Shown here: positions 53,888-62,251 of the stretch, piece by piece
Layout of the letters: each line of letters begins with the position of its first letter
Numbering within the stretch: position 1 is the first letter of the stretch
Source of the DNA: Gemmatimonadota bacterium
GTDB lineage: Bacteria > Gemmatimonadota > Gemmatimonadetes > Palauibacterales > Palauibacteraceae
Length of the DNA stretch: 64,000 bases
Assembly: GCA_021295785.1 (NCBI GenBank)
Contig: JAGWBR010000006.1
Location: forward strand, 17,229 to 81,228
Reading direction: 5' to 3'
Notes under the pieces: generated by a model
The model's database searches: none
Seen by the model: only the letters and a program-made list of their open reading frames with translations
What the model was told of the DNA's origin: nothing
Position numbers and translations under genes: made by a program

Positions 53888-55084
53888 TCACCGGGTGGAT
53901 GCGGGCGGGCGCTCCGGCCAAACGGACTCAATCAGGTCAGCCGTTGGTTCGGCAGCGCCGGCACCGGCCAGCACGTACTGCCGGGCACGACGCCCCGCAT
54001 CGTGGCGGGCAGCGTGATCGAGCAATCGGCGAAGGGTCGGTATCAGACTCTCGCCCGACACCGAGAACCCGCCGCCCGCCGCTTCGAGACCCCTCGCGTC
54101 TTCCCGGTCGTGACGACAGCCGAAAACCACGGGCAGGCCCGCGGCCGCCGGCTCAAGCACGTTGTGGAGACCTCGGAGACCAAGCCGGCCCTTGCGCGGG
54201 AGTCCTCCGCCCACGTAGGCCATGTTCGCTGACCCGTACAGGTCGCCGAGGATGCCAACTCTGTCCACCACGACCACGCCGGCAGACCGCGCCTCCGCCC
54301 CTGCACCCGCCAAGACGTCCGGGCGCTCGCTCCACAGGGTGCAACCGTGTCCCGCGCGCTCCAACCGGAGTGTCAGGTGGGCCACCGCCCGCCGGGTTGG
54401 TTCGTGGGGAACGAGCACGAGCTGGAGCTGGCGTCGGCTGGACGCGCCACGGGACAGACGATCCCAAGCCGCGATCAAGGCCGCCTCGTCCTCGGGCCAC
54501 GTCGAACCGGCAATCAGCCGGAGCGGACCCCCGACGTTGTCGGTTGCCGTCTCCGCGGTGGAGGCGAGCACCGAGTCGAAGGCCGGGTCACCCGTCACGA
54601 CCGTGACATCCGGGGAAACCCCGAGCCTCGCCAAGCGCTCGGCGTCGGCAGCTGTCGCGGCCCCAACAGCCGAGAGTCGGGCGTACGACCGCGCGAGGAG
54701 CTGGCGCGCCGGGGTTCGCAAGCGGTTGCTGCGAGAACGAACCACCCCTCCCGTGATGACCACCGGCACCCCGCGGCGAACCGCGGCGCTGACCATCGAC
54801 GGCCACACATCTCCCCTCGGAAGCACCAGTACACCCGGGCGCACCGCGGCGAACGCCTTTTCGCAGTCGCGGCGGCAGTCCAGGGGCGGTGGTCCGCCGA
54901 AGTCCGGCTCCAGAGCGGCAAACGCCACGTTGGCGGACGGCGAGCCGGCGGTGGCGAGCAGGCGCAGTTTCCGCCTTCGGCGCAGCGCCCTCACAACAGG
55001 GACCGCGGCCAACAGTTCTCCCGCAGACGCACCGTGCAGCCACAGGATGTCGCCGCCGCCCTCGGGGCCGATTATTCGCGCCAT
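53888..55084 (-). CDS. waaA: 3-deoxy-D-manno-octulosonic acid (Kdo) transferase
   Basis: ILWLHGASAGELLAAVPVVRAL (compare WxHxxSxGE of WaaA/KdtA), plus a C-terminal GT-B half. The start is uncertain. ATG 55084 was chosen to avoid overlapping the divergent gene. ATG 55369 is the ORF-track alternative. Confidence 0.75.
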   Translation of the reverse strand: MARIIGPEGGGDILWLHGASAGELLAAVPVVRALRRRRKLRLLATAGSPSANVAFAALEPDFGGPPPLDCRRDCEKAFAAVRPGVLVLPRGDVWPSMVSAAVRRGVPVVITGGVVRSRSNRLRTPARQLLARSYARLSAVGAATAADAERLARLGVSPDVTVVTGDPAFDSVLASTAETATDNVGGPLRLIAGSTWPEDEAALIAAWDRLSRGASSRRQLQLVLVPHEPTRRAVAHLTLRLERAGHGCTLWSERPDVLAGAGAEARSAGVVVVDRVGILGDLYGSANMAYVGGGLPRKGRLGLRGLHNVLEPAAAGLPVVFGCRHDREDARGLEAAGGGFSVSGESLIPTLRRLLDHAARHDAGRRARQYVLAGAGAAEPTADLIESVWPERPPASTR

Positions 55085-55156
55085 CGCCCCGGCGGCTTCG
55101 AGCCGCGCGGGGACGGCCGGAGTCCACGGCCAGGCCTGGAGTTGATTCGCCCTCGC

Positions 55157-56338
55157 ATGGCCAGAACCGCGACGGTCGGAACCGCCCTCAGGACGTTCCC
55201 GCGGGAATGTTTTCGGGGTTTTATCGGCAGTTTTCCCGGCTTCAACCGGGCCCTGAGAATCTGTGCCATCTGCGCCGTGACGTGGGCCGGTGCGGGCTGT
55301 TCCGCCGGGTACATTCTCCGGGCCGGGTGGGAAGAGGCCCGCATCCTCACCAACCGCCGGCCGATTCAAGCCGTCCTCCGCGACACCACTGTCGATGCTC
55401 TGACCCGTGACAAACTCCGCCTCGTGCTGGACGTGCGCGACTTCGCCGTCCGCGACCTGGGGCTGAGGGCGGGCAACAGTTACCGCGACTTTACGGAACT
55501 GGACCGCGACACTCTGGCTCTGCAGGTAATGGCGGCCGCCGAGCTGGACCTGACGTGGAAAATGTGGAACTTCCCCATTGTGGGCGCCCTCCCTTACAAG
55601 GCGTGGTTTGACTTTGACAGGGCCCTGGCGGAGGCCGAGGCACTGCGGCGGGAAGGCTGGGACGTGAGGGTGAGCCCGGTGTCCGCTTTTTCAACGCTGG
55701 GCTGGTTCCCCGATCCCATATTGTCTCCTACGCTCAGAGCTGACAGCGTGTCGCTCGCGAACACAGTTATCCACGAGATCCTGCACTCGACGTACTACCC
55801 CACCGGCCAGGCGGACTTCAACGAGAGTTTCGCCAATTTTGTCGGGTATCGTGGTGCCATAGCGTTTTTTTGCGACGCCGTGCGGTCCCGCCCGCCCGCA
55901 GCCAGTTCCGACCCGGCCGAAGCCACGTCGCCGGCTTGCGCCACAGCCCGCCAGCGGTGGGAGGATGCCCGGATCTTCGGCCGGTTCTTCCAGTCGGTGG
56001 CCGAGCCCTTGAGAGCAGTCTACGACTCGGGCGCCCCGGACCCGGAAAAGCGCATCGAAAAACGGCAGGTTTTCGCGGATGCCGCGGCGCGGTGGGAAGC
56101 GGAATACCGGGAAGCGCTGGGCGGGCGGTTCGGCTCGATAGACCCCGGGCAGCTGAACAACGCCTGGGTCATCGCACGCTTGCTGTACTACAGAGGCCTG
56201 GACGATTTTGAAACTGTCTACGCCCGGCACGGCGAGCTCATGCCCGCAGTCCGGGAAATCACCGAAACCGCCGAGGGGCGCGACCCCTGGGAAGCGCTCC
56301 AGAGCCTTCTTGCCCCCGACGAAAGCGAGGCGCGTTGA
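55157..56338 (+). CDS. Predicted zinc aminopeptidase (DUF2265-like), lipoprotein-like
   Basis: HExxH in NTVIHEILHSTYYP, with ...FNESFANFVG... downstream. Lipobox-like WAGAGCSAG. This is the last 393 codons of ORF 54347..56338. Start uncertain. Confidence 0.7.
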   Translation: MARTATVGTALRTFPRECFRGFIGSFPGFNRALRICAICAVTWAGAGCSAGYILRAGWEEARILTNRRPIQAVLRDTTVDALTRDKLRLVLDVRDFAVRDLGLRAGNSYRDFTELDRDTLALQVMAAAELDLTWKMWNFPIVGALPYKAWFDFDRALAEAEALRREGWDVRVSPVSAFSTLGWFPDPILSPTLRADSVSLANTVIHEILHSTYYPTGQADFNESFANFVGYRGAIAFFCDAVRSRPPAASSDPAEATSPACATARQRWEDARIFGRFFQSVAEPLRAVYDSGAPDPEKRIEKRQVFADAAARWEAEYREALGGRFGSIDPGQLNNAWVIARLLYYRGLDDFETVYARHGELMPAVREITETAEGRDPWEALQSLLAPDESEAR

Positions 56339-56631
56339 GCACCCCGTTCACCTGCCAGCGATGTGGCAAGAGCGGCGGCGGCCGAGTTGAGCGGCCCCCG
56401 TTCCCCCACGAACTCGGGCGCCGAATAATCGAAGAGATCTGCTCCATTTGCTGGGAAGACTGGAAACGCCGCCAGATGCTTCTCATCAATCACTTCGGAC
56501 TCAGGATGCACGATCCCGCCGCGCGCGACTTCCTCTACAAGGAGGTGCGCCGGTATCTGTTCGCCGAAGGGGGTTCACCGACCTCGATCGACCCGAGCCA
56601 GGAAGGGTCGGTTAGTTGGCCACAAAGTTGA
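56335..56631 (+). CDS. yggX: Fe(2+)-trafficking/oxidative-damage protection protein YggX family
   Basis: FTCQRCGKSGGGRVERPPFPHELGRRIIEEICSICWEDWKRRQMLLINHFGLRMHDPAARDFLYKEVRRYLF is collinear with E. coli YggX. The TTG start overlaps the upstream TGA. Confidence 0.8.
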   Translation: MSTPFTCQRCGKSGGGRVERPPFPHELGRRIIEEICSICWEDWKRRQMLLINHFGLRMHDPAARDFLYKEVRRYLFAEGGSPTSIDPSQEGSVSWPQS

Positions 56632-59164
56632 TGAGTCGGTCGGGCACGTAGATCACTTTCCGAATCTCGACGCCCTCCAAATGCCTGGATACCGCGGCGT
56701 TGGCCGCCGCCAACTCCTGAACTTGGTCCTGCGCGGCACCGGTGGCCACGGTAACGGTGGCCCGGAGCTTCCCGTTGACCTGCACGGGAACCTGGATCCG
56801 GTTCACGGCCAGTTTGGCTTCGTCGTAGTCGGGCCACCCGGCGTTGTCGAAGATGCTCGCCTCACCGCCTAGCATGACCCACAGCTCCTCGGCGATGTGG
56901 GGCACAATCGGGGCAACGAGAACCACCAGGGGGCGGACCTCTTCCACCGAAGGCGTTCTGCCCTTGTAGCGGACTCGGTTCAAATAGTCCATCGCGGCTG
57001 CAATGGCCGTGTTGTAACGAAGTTCTTCCAGGTGTTCTCCGACCTGCTTGATCAGGAGATGCAGGGCGCGGTCCATTCCTGGATCCAGCGAGTTCTTGCC
57101 CGAGCCGGTGGCGGCAGGGGTCTCGGAAGCAGCCGTGGCGGCGACTACGCTGTCCCAGAGCTTGCCCAGGAACCTGCGCGGGCCGGCCAGCCCCTCGTCC
57201 CGGAAGTCGCCTCCCTGCTGGAACGGCCCCAGGAACATGAGGTACATACGGAACGCGTCCGCGCCGAACTCGGTCACGTACTCGTCGGGCAGAATCACGT
57301 TCCCGCGCGACTTCGAGATCTTGGCCCCCTCCTTGATCAGGAGGCCGTGTTTCCTGAACCGGGCGAACGGTTCCTCGAAATCCAGATGCCCCAAATCGTG
57401 GAGCGCCATCGTGAGGAACCGCGAGTACAGCAGATGCAGCACCGAATGCTCCTCGCCGCCGATGTAGCTGCCCACGGGAAGCCAGGCCGCGGTGCGCGCC
57501 GCGTCAAAGGGCTTGTCGTCGAACTCCGTCGACGGATAGCGCAGGAAGTACCAGCCCGAGTCCAGGAATGTGTCCATTACATCGGTCTCGCGCTCTCCCG
57601 GACCGCCGCATCTGGGGCACGCAGCCTCCCGGAAACCGGGCACCCGCGCAAGCGGCGATGCACCCGAAGCCGTCGGTCGGAAGTCCTCCAAATAGGGCAA
57701 CTCCACCGGAAGATCTTCCTCGGGCACGGCCACCGCGCCGCACGCGCCGCAGTTGATGACCGGGATTGGCGGTCCCCAGTACCGCTGCCGGCTGATGCAC
57801 CAGTCGTGCAACCTGAAATTGACTTCCGGCGTTGCCAGGTCACGCTCCCCGAGCCAAGCCACGATCCGCCGCCCGCCATCGTCGGCCGGCATCCCGCTGA
57901 ACTGGCTCGAGTTGATAAGAACCTCATCGGGCGTGTGCTCAATGAACGCCCCGTCTCCGGCGTCCGGCAGGAAATCCCGCGGATCGGCATCTTCCGGCAC
58001 CTGCGCCCGGGGGCACACCACGGCCCGTACCGGCAACCCGTGCTGGACAGCGAACTCAAAATCGCGCTGATCATGGCCGGGCACGCCCATCACCGCCCCG
58101 GTGCCGTAGTCCATGATCACATAGTCGGAAATCCAGACCGGAATGTCCTCGCCGATCGCCGGGTTCTGGACGTGGCCACCCGTGAACACGCCTGTCTTGG
58201 CCGCGCCCTCTCGCTTCTTCCGCTCGACCAGATCCATGCCGGCCGCGCCCTGCCGGTATGACTCCACGGCATCACGGGTGGCCGGGGCAGTCAGTTCGGG
58301 CACCATGGGATGTTCCGGGGCCAGCACCATGAACGAGGCTCCGAAAACCGTGTCGGGCCTGGTAGTAAAAACCTCCACGGTCGCCAAGTCGCCCGCCCCC
58401 TCACCACCCTGCCCGGCCGACACCGGGAAGCGCAACCGCGCCCCCTCGCTCCGTCCGATCCAGTTGCGCTGCGCCGTCTTGGTCGTCTCCGACCAGTCGA
58501 TCCAGTCCAGATTGTCGAGCAACCGCTGGGCGTATTCGGTGATCTTGAAGAACCACTGGCTCAGCTCTTGCTGCTCAACGGCGGCGTCGCAGCGTTCGCA
58601 GCGCCCCGCAATCACCTGCTCGTTGGCCAGGACGGTCTGGCAGGACGGGCACCAGTTGACCGGGGCCTCCTTCTTCTCGGCAAGACCGGCCTTGTGCAGC
58701 TGCACGAACAGCCACTGGGTCCACTTGTAATAACCCGGATCGGTAGTATCGACCGTCCGGGTCCAGTCGGTCATCAGGCCGGCGGCCCGCAGCATGCGTT
58801 CGAAATTCCGGATGTTGGCCGGGATGAGCTCCATCGGGTGGCGGCCCACCTTCAGCGCGTGGTTCTCGCTGTGGATTCCAAATGCGTCGTAGCCGATGGG
58901 TTCGAATACGTCGTCGCCCTTAAGCCGACGGAACCTCCCGTAGATGTCCGCGCCGGTGAACGCGTAGAGGTTACCGACATGCAGCCCTTCGGCGCTCGGA
59001 TAGGGGTACATCATCAAGTTGAAGAAGGGACGCCTGGCAGCATCCAGATCCGGCGAGTTAGTTCCCCGCTCGTCCCAGTATTGCTGCCAGCGGACCTCTA
59101 CTGCCTCCGGGTCGTACGACGATCCGGAGGCCGGACTGTCCGACGGTTCGTTAGCCGTTGGCAC
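56612..59164 (-). CDS. leuS: Leucyl-tRNA synthetase
   Basis: YPYPSAEGLHVGN (HIGH region), KISKSRGN (KMSKS), and a CP1 editing domain. Start moved to GTG 59164-59162 (MPTANEPSDSPASGSSYDPEAVEVRWQQYW). It overlaps doxX by 14 nt. Confidence 0.95.
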   Translation of the reverse strand: MPTANEPSDSPASGSSYDPEAVEVRWQQYWDERGTNSPDLDAARRPFFNLMMYPYPSAEGLHVGNLYAFTGADIYGRFRRLKGDDVFEPIGYDAFGIHSENHALKVGRHPMELIPANIRNFERMLRAAGLMTDWTRTVDTTDPGYYKWTQWLFVQLHKAGLAEKKEAPVNWCPSCQTVLANEQVIAGRCERCDAAVEQQELSQWFFKITEYAQRLLDNLDWIDWSETTKTAQRNWIGRSEGARLRFPVSAGQGGEGAGDLATVEVFTTRPDTVFGASFMVLAPEHPMVPELTAPATRDAVESYRQGAAGMDLVERKKREGAAKTGVFTGGHVQNPAIGEDIPVWISDYVIMDYGTGAVMGVPGHDQRDFEFAVQHGLPVRAVVCPRAQVPEDADPRDFLPDAGDGAFIEHTPDEVLINSSQFSGMPADDGGRRIVAWLGERDLATPEVNFRLHDWCISRQRYWGPPIPVINCGACGAVAVPEEDLPVELPYLEDFRPTASGASPLARVPGFREAACPRCGGPGERETDVMDTFLDSGWYFLRYPSTEFDDKPFDAARTAAWLPVGSYIGGEEHSVLHLLYSRFLTMALHDLGHLDFEEPFARFRKHGLLIKEGAKISKSRGNVILPDEYVTEFGADAFRMYLMFLGPFQQGGDFRDEGLAGPRRFLGKLWDSVVAATAASETPAATGSGKNSLDPGMDRALHLLIKQVGEHLEELRYNTAIAAAMDYLNRVRYKGRTPSVEEVRPLVVLVAPIVPHIAEELWVMLGGEASIFDNAGWPDYDEAKLAVNRIQVPVQVNGKLRATVTVATGAAQDQVQELAAANAAVSRHLEGVEIRKVIYVPDRLINFVAN

Positions 59165-59561
59165 GTGCGGCGTCAACGCTCCATTTCCCGCTTCCCTTGG
59201 TCCACAGATACAGGAAAATGGCGCAGTAAAGGACAGCGAGCTCACCGCGGTTTCCCATGGGCCAGAACCCATCGGGGAAATGCCTCCACCAGTAGGCGAC
59301 CGCCATCTGACCGGCCAGCACGAAGGCAACCTGTCGCGTCTTGAAGCCGATCAGAATCAGCAGGCCCCCTAAGAACTCCAGGATCCCCGCCAATGCCATC
59401 GCGACCGACCCGACGTCCCCCGAGCCCAAACCCGATAGGGCCCCGCCTTCACCGTTGAACCACCCGGTCAGTTTCTGGTCTCCGTGTTGCCAGAACATCA
59501 AACCCGTCACTGCCCTGAGCAGGGGATAAGTGGCGTCCGCAATGTATGCTGGTGCCTTCAT
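59151..59561 (-). CDS. DoxX family membrane protein
   Basis: 136 aa. LLRAVTGLMFWQHGDQKL...FLGGLLILIGFKTRQVAFVLAGQMAVAY. Confidence 0.8.
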   Translation of the reverse strand: MKAPAYIADATYPLLRAVTGLMFWQHGDQKLTGWFNGEGGALSGLGSGDVGSVAMALAGILEFLGGLLILIGFKTRQVAFVLAGQMAVAYWWRHFPDGFWPMGNRGELAVLYCAIFLYLWTKGSGKWSVDAARANG

Positions 59562-59697
59562 GGTTTCTCCGTTGGCTGAGATTATCGGGCGACCGCTGAT
59601 TCACGGGCAACCGAGGGTGAGGGGCAAGACCGAACCGCCCGGCGGTTCCGCGGAGAATAGTCGGCCGTCGCAAACGAATTGGCAAGCGACCGGCGTT

Positions 59698-60018
59698 TCA
59701 ACGAAAACGGCGGCCCCGGCTGAAATCGGCCCGTTTGGGTCGGTGCCCGGCTTTTCGTAGCGGCCGGACCTCAATCTCGTCCCCATCGTCTCCAGACGTT
59801 TCCGCGGAAACGGGATCCTTCGCCCGCATCCGCGCGGACGACCGGCTGGTGAACACCCCCGCGCCCGGCAGCCACCCCACGGGAGGGGTGCGGGACACAC
59901 GGCCTTTCTTGAATTTGTGTTCGGGGATTCCGGGGAAGCCCAGACCAACCCAGATCCCAAAAACGAATGAAAGGACGAGGGGGATGATCAACAGGGTCAG
60001 AAGAGTGCGGTCGGTCAC
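59698..60018 (-). CDS. Hypothetical small membrane-anchored basic protein
   Basis: 106 aa. GTG start. One TM helix ([23 protein letters not shown]) followed by an Arg/Lys-rich tail. No family recognised. Coding status moderately uncertain. Confidence 0.4.
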   Translation of the reverse strand: MTDRTLLTLLIIPLVLSFVFGIWVGLGFPGIPEHKFKKGRVSRTPPVGWLPGAGVFTSRSSARMRAKDPVSAETSGDDGDEIEVRPLRKAGHRPKRADFSRGRRFR

Positions 60019-60060
60019 GGGGCCTCAACCTACGGCGACAGGCGGAAGGAGACCGACCTC

Positions 60061-62040
60061 ATGACTGGCAGGTTTTCGCCACCGTCCGATTTTGCCGCCG
60101 CCGCCAACGTCAGCTCCGACGCGCCATACCGTGAGGTGGCCGCCGATCGACTGGGTTTCTGGGCGGCGCGGGCCGCCGAGCTGGACTGGTTCGAGCCCTG
60201 GCGGAACGTGCTGGACTGGGACCCGCCGCAGGCCAGGTGGTTCACGGGCGGCAAACTCAACGCCGCGTGGAACTGCCTTGACCGGCATTTACCCGACCTC
60301 GCCTCAAAGCGCGCTATCATCTGGGAGGGAGAGCCGGGAGACCGCCGCGACTACACCTACGCCCAACTCCACGCCGCCGTGTGCCGTCTTGCCAATGCCC
60401 TGCGCGGACTCGGGGTCGGCAAGGGCGACCGAGTGGCGATCTATCTCCCGATGATTCCCGAAGCCGTCATCGGCATGCTGGCGTGTGCGCGGATTGGTGC
60501 AGTTCACTCTGTTGTGTTCGCCGGTTTTTCGGCCAGATCTTTGCACGACCGGATCGATGACGCCCGGGCCGCATGCGTGATCACCGCCGACGCGGGTTTC
60601 CGGCGGGGGAAGGTGCTCCCGCTCAAGGCCAGCGTTGATGAGGCGATTGACGGGCTTGACTGCGTCCGCAGCGTGGTTGTGGTGAGCCGGGCGCGGTGCT
60701 CCGAGTCGCAAACGGACCAAGGCCAGGGCGGCAGCGGCGATTCGGCGGTGGCCGGCGCGCTGTCGGACCTCGGTGCAGGCATGACGCCGGGCCGCGACCA
60801 CTGGTACCATGATCTGGTCGCCGGCGCAGCCGACACCTGTCCGGCCGAGCCAATGGACTCGGAAGACCTGTTGTTTGTCCTGTACACGTCGGGCACCACC
60901 GGGAAACCGAAAGGGGTGATGCACTCCACCGGCGGCTATTTGACCCAGGTCGCGGTCACCGCCAAGTGGGTGCTGGACCTCAAACCGGACGACGTCTATT
61001 GGTGTTCCGCCGATGTGGGGTGGGTCACCGGCCACTCCTACATCACCTACGGGCCGCTGGCCAACGGGGCCACGGTTTTGGTCTACGAGGGTGCGCCCGA
61101 CACACCCGCCAGGGGTCGGTTCTGGGAGCTGTGCGAATCTCACGGAGTCACCATCTTCTATACCGCGCCAACCGCGATAAGGTCGTTCATGAAGTGGGGC
61201 GAGGAATGGATCAAGGGCCACGATCTTTCCCGCCTGCGCCTGATTGGAACAGTCGGCGAGCCCATCAACCCCGAAGCGTGGCTGTGGTACCGGGAGACCA
61301 TCGGCGGAGGACGCTGTCCGGTCATCGACACTTGGTGGCAGACCGAGACCGGTGGGATGATGATCACCCCGCTTCCCGGCGTCACCGCGACCGCGCCGGG
61401 TTCGGCCACCCGGGCCTTCCCCGGTATCGACGCCACGATTCTGGCCGACGACGGAACTCCGGCCGCCAGCGGTTATCTTGCGATCACTTCACCCTGGCCC
61501 GGCATGCTCCGGGGGGTGTGGGGAGACGAACAGCGCTACCGAGACACCTACTGGTCCAAGTGGCCCGGAGTGTATTTCCCGGCCGATGCCGCCCGGATTG
61601 ACAAGAACGGAGACTACTGGATCACGGGCAGGGTCGACGATGTTCTGAATGTGGCCGGGCACCGGCTGGGGACGGCAGAGATCGAATCGGCGCTGGTCAG
61701 CCACCCGGCGGTCGCCGAGGCAGCGGTGGTGGGAAGGGCGGACAAGATCAAGGGACAGGCCGTGGCCGCGTTTGTCAGCCTCATGGAAGGCTCAGCCAAG
61801 CAAGACCGAGACGATCTCCGGGCGGAAATCATGCAGCACACGGCCGAGGAGATTGGCGCGATCGCCCGGCCCTCGGAGCTTCATTTCGCCGCGGAGCTGC
61901 CCAAGACGCGCAGCGGGAAAATCATGCGGCGTCTGCTGCGGGATATCGCCGAGGGCCGGGCGATGGGCGACACAACCACGTTGGCCGATCCCTCGGTCGT
62001 GGAGGCCCTGAAACAGCACTACGCCGACAAAGAAGAGTAG
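60061..62040 (+). CDS. acs: Acetyl-CoA synthetase
   Basis: 659 aa. [28 protein letters not shown], and the C-terminal [18 protein letters not shown]. Confidence 0.96.
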   Translation: MTGRFSPPSDFAAAANVSSDAPYREVAADRLGFWAARAAELDWFEPWRNVLDWDPPQARWFTGGKLNAAWNCLDRHLPDLASKRAIIWEGEPGDRRDYTYAQLHAAVCRLANALRGLGVGKGDRVAIYLPMIPEAVIGMLACARIGAVHSVVFAGFSARSLHDRIDDARAACVITADAGFRRGKVLPLKASVDEAIDGLDCVRSVVVVSRARCSESQTDQGQGGSGDSAVAGALSDLGAGMTPGRDHWYHDLVAGAADTCPAEPMDSEDLLFVLYTSGTTGKPKGVMHSTGGYLTQVAVTAKWVLDLKPDDVYWCSADVGWVTGHSYITYGPLANGATVLVYEGAPDTPARGRFWELCESHGVTIFYTAPTAIRSFMKWGEEWIKGHDLSRLRLIGTVGEPINPEAWLWYRETIGGGRCPVIDTWWQTETGGMMITPLPGVTATAPGSATRAFPGIDATILADDGTPAASGYLAITSPWPGMLRGVWGDEQRYRDTYWSKWPGVYFPADAARIDKNGDYWITGRVDDVLNVAGHRLGTAEIESALVSHPAVAEAAVVGRADKIKGQAVAAFVSLMEGSAKQDRDDLRAEIMQHTAEEIGAIARPSELHFAAELPKTRSGKIMRRLLRDIAEGRAMGDTTTLADPSVVEALKQHYADKEE

Positions 62041-62129
62041 ATGGCGGGACTGACCCCCCCGCTGAGAGGCGACCGGCATACCGTTTTTCGTTAACCGCGA
62101 CCCGGGAATCAGGAAACACCGAAAACGAA

Positions 62130-62163
62130 GAACGCCCTGCCCGCCGAAGCGGCCAGGGCGTTC
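62130..62163. terminator. Bidirectional rho-independent terminator between acs and the convergent metalloprotease gene
   Basis: GAACGCCCTG-c-CCGC-cgaa-GCGG-c-CAGGGCGTTC forms a ~14-bp stem with a tetraloop. It is flanked by ttcttg on the plus strand and TTCGTTTTCGGTGTTT on the minus strand. Confidence 0.6.
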
Positions 62164-62251
62164 TTGACAATGCACTGCCTGTAGCAACAGGCCGCGCCAA
62201 CGACATCCCCGAGACCCTCAATCGCCCCGGGGAGCCGGGGTTCAGCTCAGC

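Noticed and set aside
59562-59697. The 136-nt spacer upstream of doxX/leuS, considered as a possible T-box or other riboswitch. It contains a GAACCGC-ccg-GCGGTTC hairpin at 59632-59648.
   Set aside because: It is too short, and I could identify no specifier or T-box consensus and no terminator/antiterminator alternative. The hairpin alone is not diagnostic.
50007-59811. Recurring TTCC(C)GCGG(G)AA-type palindromes: within the uvrA repeat at 50010-50022, TTCCCGCGGGAA near 55196-55207, and GTTTCCGCGGAAAC at 59798-59811. I considered whether they form a dispersed repeat or binding-site family.
   Set aside because: There are only three or four short, non-identical copies, all inside coding regions. 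A CCGCGG core is expected by chance in DNA this GC-rich. I see no positional logic relative to promoters.
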